DNA from: Bdellovibrionota bacterium FG-1
GTDB taxonomy: Bacteria; Bdellovibrionota; UBA1018
DNA length: 64,000 bases
Reading direction: 5' to 3'
NCBI GenBank assembly: GCA_051382295.1
Contig: JBBCAW010000003.1
Span: 63,351 to 127,350, forward strand
The notes below the pieces were generated by a model. It worked only from the letters and a program-made list of their open reading frames with translations, had not been told where the DNA came from and did not search any database. Of this stretch, positions 57,730 through 64,000 are shown one piece after another (within the stretch, counting starts at the first letter, position 1; each line of letters opens with the position of its first letter). Position numbers and translations under genes: made by a program.

Positions 57730-58905
57730 CTAAGGTTGTAGCACCCAACGAATGAGCGCGCGCGAAGCCCAAGAGGTATTGCTGAGCGCCTGGCAGGTGG
57801 TGAGAGTCAGTACTTCGCGCGATAGGACAAGATCGGGACGGAGGGCCATCTCCATGTACGGGGGAGTACCCTGTTTTTTAGGGAGGTCAATAGAACGATC
57901 TTTGAGGCTCGGTCCAAAAAAATCCACCATCGCTTTTCCCATTTTAGGAGCGATTTGCACAGAAGCGCGCGCTGTTCGTAACGCCAAAAACTCGGGGTTT
58001 CGTAGAAGTTCTTCCTTGCGGGGATCGTCGTTCAAAAGGGCCGCGGTATCTGGGAGTTCCAGGCAATCGGCATAAATCGAGCGCTCTGTGGCGGGCGTCG
58101 CGATTCTGGACAGCGTGTATTCTTCATAAGCCCAATGATAATTGGTCATGGCGTGTGAAGTTTCGCTCACCAGCGAGTCAAACCCCTCTTGGGGTGGCCA
58201 ATGAAGAATCGCATACCAAGGCACCATGTGGAGGCTGGGGATTTGGGTGGCATGGAATGGCTGCGAAAGATCCTGCAGGTAGTGCAGGGCCCAGCCCAAA
58301 ATGCGGAAGCCCCATGCGGCTTGTGTTCCTCCGGCTTGAATCCATTGTCGGGCTTTGAGAGCAAACAGAGCCACTCGTTCGGGGGCGAGGCCGACGGCGT
58401 GAGTTGGAATCTGAAAAGTGTAAAGAGGATGCCAGAACTGCCAACCTCCAAAATACATGTGGCGAAAGCCTTGGCTGGTTGTTCCAGTCGTGCCGCCCAT
58501 CCATTTTTGAAAACCCCGGGGGTCATAGGATTCTGAAGGACCCGGAATTTCTTGGTCCATTCCCTGGTCAGGGTCGTCGACGGCCCCACCGGCCAAAATC
58601 TCACGGCCCGTCACGGTTTTTTGGGTCGTACAAGCGTCCAAAGCGGTGGGTTGAACGCCATTTTTAGGTTTTGGATTCAGTTTGAACTCGGTTGCAAGCC
58701 GGGCAAATTGAGCCTGGTCATCGCTCAAGCAGGGGGCGACGAGGGGGCGATTGAGCCCGTCATCAACCCCTGTGGCCCCTCCTTGGGTCATCCCTTGGAG
58801 GATCCCCGCCATGAGAGTCTGGTGCTTTTCCCACGCCTGAGAGGCTGGGGCCAGCGTGATGCAAAGCAAGCCTAGAAAGAATAGGGGATAAAACAGGCGC
58901 ATCAT
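57730..58905 (-). CDS. Secreted zinc phospholipase C / S1-P1 nuclease-fold protein
   Basis: Signal peptide then W-x-x-H at the mature N-terminus, D.PD, LG.ALHYLQD..QPFH, H..YE. Confidence 0.7.
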   Translation of the reverse strand: MMRLFYPLFFLGLLCITLAPASQAWEKHQTLMAGILQGMTQGGATGVDDGLNRPLVAPCLSDDQAQFARLATEFKLNPKPKNGVQPTALDACTTQKTVTGREILAGGAVDDPDQGMDQEIPGPSESYDPRGFQKWMGGTTGTTSQGFRHMYFGGWQFWHPLYTFQIPTHAVGLAPERVALFALKARQWIQAGGTQAAWGFRILGWALHYLQDLSQPFHATQIPSLHMVPWYAILHWPPQEGFDSLVSETSHAMTNYHWAYEEYTLSRIATPATERSIYADCLELPDTAALLNDDPRKEELLRNPEFLALRTARASVQIAPKMGKAMVDFFGPSLKDRSIDLPKKQGTPPYMEMALRPDLVLSREVLTLTTCQALSNTSWASRALIRWVLQP

Positions 58906-58906
58906 T

Positions 58907-60235
58907 TTAGGGGAACAGTCCACGCAACGACATCGCGCGATTGAGACGATCCACGCTTGAGATCAGTGCGGCCGTTTTCATGCCGCATTTGTAACGAGCT
59001 TGAACATCGATTACTTTTTTGAATGCGGCGGCCATCACTTCGGCCAGCTTGTCGTTCACCTCATTTTCACTCCAGAAGAAATTCTGGATCCCCTGCACCC
59101 ATTCGAAGTAGGAAACCACGACGCCGCCGGTATTGCAAAGTACGTCCGGAATGATGAAGGTGCCTCGCTCCTCGAGGTCTTTCATGGCTTCGGCGGTGAT
59201 TGGGCCGTTGGCGCCTTCAGCGATGATTTTGGCTTTTACTTTGCTGACATTGGCCTTGGTGATCACGCCATCAATCGCCGCAGGGATGAGAACATCGACC
59301 GGAAGCGCTAAAAGCTCTTCGTTGGTGACGGGGTCTGCGCCAGGGAAACCCGCAACTTTTCGGTGAGTGGTGAAGTACTTCATCACCTCCGGAATGTTAA
59401 GGCCGTGTTTGTTGTAGATCCCACCCGAGACATCACTCACAGCGACGACCTTGCAGCCGAGTTGATAAATTTCAAGCGCCGCAACATTACCGACTTTTCC
59501 GAAACCGTGGACCGCGATGGTGGTGCTGGAGTCGATTTTTGGGCCGGGTTTTCCGATATGAGCCAAATGCTTGGAGGCGTGCTGAATGGTGTAAACCACT
59601 CCGCGGCCGGTCGATTCGGCACGTCCGAGGGAACCGCCAATTTCAATGGGCTTTCCGGTGACGACACCCGGAATTGCGAATCCGCGTTCTTGCGAAAAGG
59701 TGTCCATCATCCAAGCCATGTGTTGACCATCGGTTCCGACGTCAGGAGCGGGGATGTCTCGATCTGGGCCAATAATCATATTGATTTCACTGGTGTAGCG
59801 ACGAGTGAGGGCCTGAGCTTCTTGTCTAGATAACTGGGTTGGATCGACCCGAATTCCGCCCTTGGCGCCCCCCAGGGGGAGCCCGACGAGCGAGCATTTC
59901 ATGGTCATTAACATGGCAAGCCCGGCAACCTCGGAGAGGTTCACATCTTGATGAAAACGAACCCCACCCTTACCCGGCCCCAGGGTCATGTTGTGCTGAA
60001 CGCGATACCCCTCGAAAACCTGAACAGTCCCGTCATCCAAACGAATCGGAACGCTCACAATCAATGCTCGTTTAGGCACTTTGAGGCGCTCAGCGATGTT
60101 TGGGTCCAGATGCATGGCCTGGGTGGCTTCCTGTAGTTCTGTCACCGCATTACGGTAAAGGTCACTTGAATCCCAGAGGTGCGAACTCAGGTTTGCTCTT
60201 GCAACTGTGTTGGGTAGGGCTGTATCGGTTGACAT
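58907..60235 (-). CDS. gdhA: Glutamate dehydrogenase
   Basis: GYRVQH...GP.KGG.RF, GGAKGG, DIPAPD, VTGKP...GGS.GR, EGANGP, GGV.VSYFEW. Confidence 0.96.
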   Translation of the reverse strand: MSTDTALPNTVARANLSSHLWDSSDLYRNAVTELQEATQAMHLDPNIAERLKVPKRALIVSVPIRLDDGTVQVFEGYRVQHNMTLGPGKGGVRFHQDVNLSEVAGLAMLMTMKCSLVGLPLGGAKGGIRVDPTQLSRQEAQALTRRYTSEINMIIGPDRDIPAPDVGTDGQHMAWMMDTFSQERGFAIPGVVTGKPIEIGGSLGRAESTGRGVVYTIQHASKHLAHIGKPGPKIDSSTTIAVHGFGKVGNVAALEIYQLGCKVVAVSDVSGGIYNKHGLNIPEVMKYFTTHRKVAGFPGADPVTNEELLALPVDVLIPAAIDGVITKANVSKVKAKIIAEGANGPITAEAMKDLEERGTFIIPDVLCNTGGVVVSYFEWVQGIQNFFWSENEVNDKLAEVMAAAFKKVIDVQARYKCGMKTAALISSVDRLNRAMSLRGLFP

Positions 60236-60325
60236 GAAGTATTCCCCTTATGCGGCGATTTACTAGCGAGAGTACTCAGGTTTTTTGAGTGAATCAAGTG
60301 TTCTGCGTGTGGTAGTGTTGAAGTC

Positions 60326-61525
60326 ATGAAAACTGGGGTCATATCAAAAAGAATTCGTGTCGCAGTGCTGTACGGGGGTAGGTCCGGAGAACATGAGGTT
60401 TCGCTAAGATCAGCGGCCTCGGTGATTCGAAATTTAAACTCTGCGCGTTATGAGGTCATCCCAGTGGCGATCGACAAGCAGGGGCGCTGGCATTTGAATG
60501 ATTTGAGCCGGATCAATGCCTCAGTGGATGTTCTTACGGTTTTCAAGGATGCGCCGACGGTCGTACTTCCTCCGAATCCGGGTCCAAGTTCGCAGGCGGG
60601 TACCGCGTTGGTTCATCTTGGATCTCCGGGCCCGGGAAAATCGGGAGGGGACCTGTCGCAGGGAATTGACGTCGTTTTTCCCGCCATGCACGGCACCTTT
60701 TGCGAAGATGGTACGCTTCAAGGTCTCCTTGAGCTGGCTGATGTGGCGTATGTGGGCTGCGGGGTGCTGGCCTCGGCAGTCGGAATGGACAAAGAGGTGG
60801 CTAAGCGTTTGGTGGCGGCGGCCGGGATTCCGGTGGTGCCCTGGGTTGCGGTTCGGCCGGAACAGTGGAAGCGTCATCAGAATGACTTTGAGACCCGAGT
60901 GGCGGCGGAGTTGGGGTATCCGTGCTTTGTGAAACCTGCCAACGCGGGATCCAGCGTGGGAGTACACAAAGTGAAAGCGGCGGCAGATTTGGCGGCGGCG
61001 GTTCAAGATGCTTTTCGTTATGACACCAAAATTTTGATTGAACGTGGAATTGCCGCACGAGAAATTGAACTTTCGGCGCTCGAAAATCCGGTTTCAGGCG
61101 AGCCCGCTCTGGTGAGTGTTGCGGGCGAGGTGACGCCTTCGCACGAATTTTATTCTTACGAAGCCAAATACCTCGACGAAAACGGGGCTGCGCTGATGAT
61201 TCCGGCGCGGCTTTCGGAAGACCAGATGCAAGTGGCCCAAAAAATCGCGCGTGATGTGTTTCAGTGTTTGGAGTGCGAGGGGATGGCGCGGGTGGATTTG
61301 TTTTTGGATAAACAATCGGGCGGATTTTACTTTAACGAGATCAATACGCTGCCCGGGTTTACGTCGATTAGTATGTATCCCAAGATGTGGGAAGCTTCGG
61401 GGATCCCGTATCAGGAGCTGCTTTCGCGGTTGATTGATTTGGCGATTTCCCGGCATGAACGGAAAAAGGGACTTGTGCGCGATTTCGAAATTCTCGATGA
61501 AGGGTGTCGGGGTCGTTCTTCCTGA
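60326..61525 (+). CDS. ddl: D-alanine--D-alanine ligase
   Basis: GGRSGEHEVS, HG...EDG..QG, MDK, VKP...GSS.G, FYSYEAKY, NEINT.PGFT..SMYP. Confidence 0.96.
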   Translation: MKTGVISKRIRVAVLYGGRSGEHEVSLRSAASVIRNLNSARYEVIPVAIDKQGRWHLNDLSRINASVDVLTVFKDAPTVVLPPNPGPSSQAGTALVHLGSPGPGKSGGDLSQGIDVVFPAMHGTFCEDGTLQGLLELADVAYVGCGVLASAVGMDKEVAKRLVAAAGIPVVPWVAVRPEQWKRHQNDFETRVAAELGYPCFVKPANAGSSVGVHKVKAAADLAAAVQDAFRYDTKILIERGIAAREIELSALENPVSGEPALVSVAGEVTPSHEFYSYEAKYLDENGAALMIPARLSEDQMQVAQKIARDVFQCLECEGMARVDLFLDKQSGGFYFNEINTLPGFTSISMYPKMWEASGIPYQELLSRLIDLAISRHERKKGLVRDFEILDEGCRGRSS

Positions 61526-61584
61526 ACTCCGCGCGAAAACGCGCCTCCTGCGCGCGCGGATCCCCTCACCTTATCGAGAATTTC
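61487..61584 (-). repeat. Structured dispersed element, copy 5 (overlaps the 3' end of ddl)
   Basis: Same core; closing stem GAAATTCTCGAT..AGG(G)TG/CACCTTATCGAGAATTTC. Confidence 0.88.
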
Positions 61585-61685
61585 TCATGTGGGAACCGGG
61601 GGGACGTGGGAGCCGGCGACTCTTGATTGGCCATTGGCAAACAGGTTGATGATTTTGTAACGATAAACGATAGATGGCGCCAGAC

Positions 61686-61925
61686 AACACCGACGTCGGT
61701 GTTCATTTTCTGAGTTAGTGGGATTTACTGCCGCTGGACGGCAGCTCAGGCCGTTGACCCTCACTCCAACTTCGTTTACTGCCGCCAGGCGGCAGTAGAA
61801 GTCGTTGCCCCCCTACTGAACCCCATCTACTGCCGCTGGACGGCAGCTCAGGCCGCTGACCCTCACCCCAACGCCGTTTACTGCCGCCAGGCGGCAGTTG
61901 AGGCAACTCATCGCCGTGGATCAAC
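61686..61925. repeat. Four CTGCCG-N5-CGGCAG hairpins at an exact 51-bp period, preceded by an 18-bp palindrome
   Basis: ACTGCCG at 61727, 61778, 61829 and 61880; AACACCGACGTCGGTGTT at 61686-61703. Confidence 0.9.
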
Positions 61926-62083
61926 TGAAATGCCGGGAACCTTTTCATTCTGTCGAAACCTCAACACCTGTCAAAAGCCTACCCAGTTTTTCTCATCCCT
62001 TTGCCGTCAAAAGGATAGACACCAAAACAGATAAATACACGTTATTTAATCAAAATTATCCCCACATCCCCCTGGGGCCATTC

Positions 62084-62099
62084 TGGCACTCCTTTTGCT
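62084..62099 (+). promoter_or_regulatory. Sigma54 -24/-12 promoter
   Basis: TGGCAC-TCCTT-TTGCT, a consensus match, 46 nt upstream of the GTG. Confidence 0.75.
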
Positions 62100-62145
62100 T
62101 TTACCTTCTGCATAACCAGTTCATTACGAACGAGAGAGAGAAGGA

Positions 62146-63453
62146 GTGAGTTTTATTATTACAGTCAAGAAGTGTAATAAATCGATAGTCCTGGGCTGTT
62201 TGGGTTTGGCCTCATTATTCGTTTTGAGTGCCCAAAGTTTTGCGGACGGCGGAACTAACGCCTCCCCTCCGATGAACTCGTCGGGATTTAAAGGCGATAC
62301 CGTGGATTTACATCTGACACCAGGTGACCTTGATATTAAGGATCATCAAGTGAATGCTCAGGTGGGAGCCTTTCAGAACAGCGGCGGAGGCAAGGGCTTG
62401 AGCCTTTAACTCGATCTGAGTAAAGATTACTTTATCGATGGAGCGAGTTCGGTGGCCTATGATCACGAATATCATTCTGGCGCGGCTGGGATGAGCTTGA
62501 ACCCCGGGATTCATGGCCGAGTGGAAACCGAGATCAAGGATGGAAGTGCGGCCTTGGGCCGAGTGAATGTCGAGATCAGTGGTATTACCTTGTTTCGAGC
62601 TCATAAGCTTTCATCATCCATCGGAGTGGATAAGAGAGAAACCCAAGACAGAATGGAAAAGGGTGTGGTTCGGTTTGTTCGTTGGGATAATTGTGGAAAG
62701 GAATCTGAGCGACTGAAGGGAATATTTGGGGGATATGAGAGATTAAATGATCTTTATCCAGCTCAGCAGCGACTTTTAGCGCGTGAGGTTGAAAAATTTA
62801 ACCAGACTAAATGCCGAGAGGGGATCCCAGAACTTGAAGGTAATCTTTCTTGGACGGAGTTGCTGGCTAAAATGGCAAAACCAGAGGTTTTGGAAAAGCT
62901 TCGTGGTCGTAATATTCCGGTGTTCGAGATTCAAACCCAAAGAAAACCCAGTACCACGGGAGAAGTTCGTATCGCTGAAATGACTGGCGTCTATGATTCC
63001 AACCCTAAAGTGGATGATCAAAGAATCGGTGCGCGCGTTAAGGGACTGCAGCTCGCCTGGGAAACTTCCTTCAAGATGGGAAAATACGTCCAGTTTGATT
63101 TCTGTGGCGGCGGTTACGCCGGCATGGTGTTTGGGCCAACCAAGGTGGGTGAATCCAAGACTGTGGCTTCCGGAGATTTTGGAGGGCATGCTTGCGGCGG
63201 ACTCACGATAGGCAAGGTCGGACGAATTGGCTACGAGCAAGGGCTGGGTGCAAGCGTCAGTGCCGATACGGATCGGGCGTTCTCTGAACAATCTGCCTTG
63301 TTAACCAATAGCGAAGCCGTATCAATCCGAAACATCGCGCGCGAGAAGAACCCTGTTTACCTCTACGGAAAACGTGAAAACGACAGTAGCTTTAATGTCG
63401 ATCACGAAAAATCTGTAACGGTATGGACTGCTGGTGTCGGCGGGAGCTTCTAA
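62146..63453 (+). pseudogene. Secreted/outer-membrane protein interrupted by one in-frame TAA (62407-62409)
   Basis: ORFs 62146-62409 and 62452-63453 share a frame; AAGGAG RBS, signal peptide ending SFA, C-terminus AGVGGSF. Confidence 0.7.
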
Positions 63454-63481
63454 GAAGTCCTGACTTTATATCGTGAAAATA

Positions 63482-63532
63482 TTCAGGCCCAGGGCATCGG
63501 ACAAATCTGAGTCTGGGCCTGAAGTGTTTTTA
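63482..63532 (+). terminator. Probable intrinsic terminator
   Basis: TTCAGGCCCAG...CTGGGCCTGAA followed by GTGTTTTT. Confidence 0.55.
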
Positions 63533-63631
63533 TGCGCCCACGAGTAGGGGCGGCCATCGCGGGGGAAACCAAACCGAGCAGCCCTCTCATCATGAGAACT
63601 CCGGTTTATGCTGCACCCAGAGTCACCTCAC

Positions 63632-63763
63632 TTATCTTAGGGAATCGACCAGGTTTGCTAGAAAAAACAAAAACTTAGCCAAGATAAAGAGGAGCCAAGT
63701 TTTCTGTTTAAGTTTTTCTAGCTGGATCCGAGAAGCATAACAGTCGTTTCTGTTATTCTTCAT
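63632..63763 (-). CDS. 43-aa cationic/hydrophobic peptide, candidate type I toxin (locus 2; absent from the ORF track)
   Basis: AAGGAGGTG SD paired with CACCTCCTT; MKNNRNDCYASRIQLEKLKQKTWLLFILAKFLFFLANLVDSLR, homologous to 45471-45611. Confidence 0.75.
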   Translation of the reverse strand: MKNNRNDCYASRIQLEKLKQKTWLLFILAKFLFFLANLVDSLR

Positions 63764-63838
63764 AAGGATCACCTCCTTTCTCTATATAAGGAAGGAGGTG
63801 GTTCCATCCACGCTGCTCAGTTTGGCAGAATCCCTATC

Positions 63839-63854
63839 AGCAAAACTGATGCCT
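63839..63854 (-). promoter_or_regulatory. Sigma54 -24/-12 promoter of small-peptide locus 2
   Basis: AGGCAT-CAGTT-TTGCT (GG-N10-GC). Confidence 0.7.
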
Positions 63855-63932
63855 ACTTTATCCGTGGTTTATTAGGCCTGGCGCCCATTTCCCAGTCCGA
63901 GTGGACGGGATTCGGACTTGAAAGGGGGCCTC

Positions 63933-64000
63933 ATGATGAAAAAAACATTTCTGTTTCAAGGCTGGAAACCGCTTCTTGCTTTTTTGCCGCTCATTTGGCC
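63933..64000 (+). CDS. 5' end of a probable exported protein (runs off the window)
   Basis: AAGGGGG RBS; MMKKTFLFQGWKPLLAFLPLIW. Confidence 0.45.
   Translation, partial: MMKKTFLFQGWKPLLAFLPLIW

Noticed and set aside
61720..61900. Canonical CRISPR array
   Set aside because: Spacers 1 and 3 are near-identical and spacer 2 is related, the repeats alternate between two variants, and there are no cas genes in the window; reported as a tandem hairpin array instead
61715..61948. 77-aa ORF as a confident gene
   Set aside because: No SD, its ATG overlaps a putative -10 box, and the open frame follows from the 51-bp period; kept only as an alternative hypothesis
62407..62409. Stop-codon reassignment or selenocysteine/pyrrolysine readthrough
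   Set aside because: The codon is TAA, which terminates many normal genes in this window; it is not TGA or TAG
1..64000. tRNA, rRNA, known riboswitch, prophage, integron or IS transposase
   Set aside because: No cloverleaf, rRNA, integrase, DDE/HUH transposase or clear attC pattern was recognised by eye; an Rfam/tRNAscan run is needed to exclude them formally

Overview
A 64-kb bacterial chromosomal window. Its gene content (TIGR02147-type HTH cassettes, alternative complex III, FliA-type promoters, many orphan secreted proteins) suggests Bdellovibrionota/Oligoflexia; this taxonomy is inferred. Core genes: reverse transsulfuration (CBS + cystathionine gamma-lyase), actABCDEF, a dihaem cytochrome c, GH15, peroxiredoxin, gshA, an ArsA/Get3 ATPase pair, lpoB, potD, trmB, flagellin, an M1 aminopeptidase, an NtrBC-type two-component system, lgt, gdhA and ddl. 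Two accessory patches (0.3-3.2 kb and 21.7-31.1 kb) are packed with type II toxin-antitoxin modules, broken TIGR02147 genes and secreted orphans. Three unannotated signals stand out. (1) Two paralogous loci (45.4-45.7 kb on +, 63.6-63.85 kb on -) each have a sigma54 promoter, a hairpin-sequestered Shine-Dalgarno, a 43-46 aa cationic/hydrophobic peptide and covarying 5'-3' long-range RNA pairing, i.e. a candidate new type I toxin-like system. (2) Five copies of a structured intergenic element keep GGA in hairpin loops while their stems covary (CsrA-site-like and/or REP-like). (3) A 51-bp hairpin array at 61.7 kb has a single-unit relative at 23.8 kb. No tRNA, rRNA, cas, integrase or transposase genes were recognised. 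All family names come from motif recognition by eye, not from database searches.
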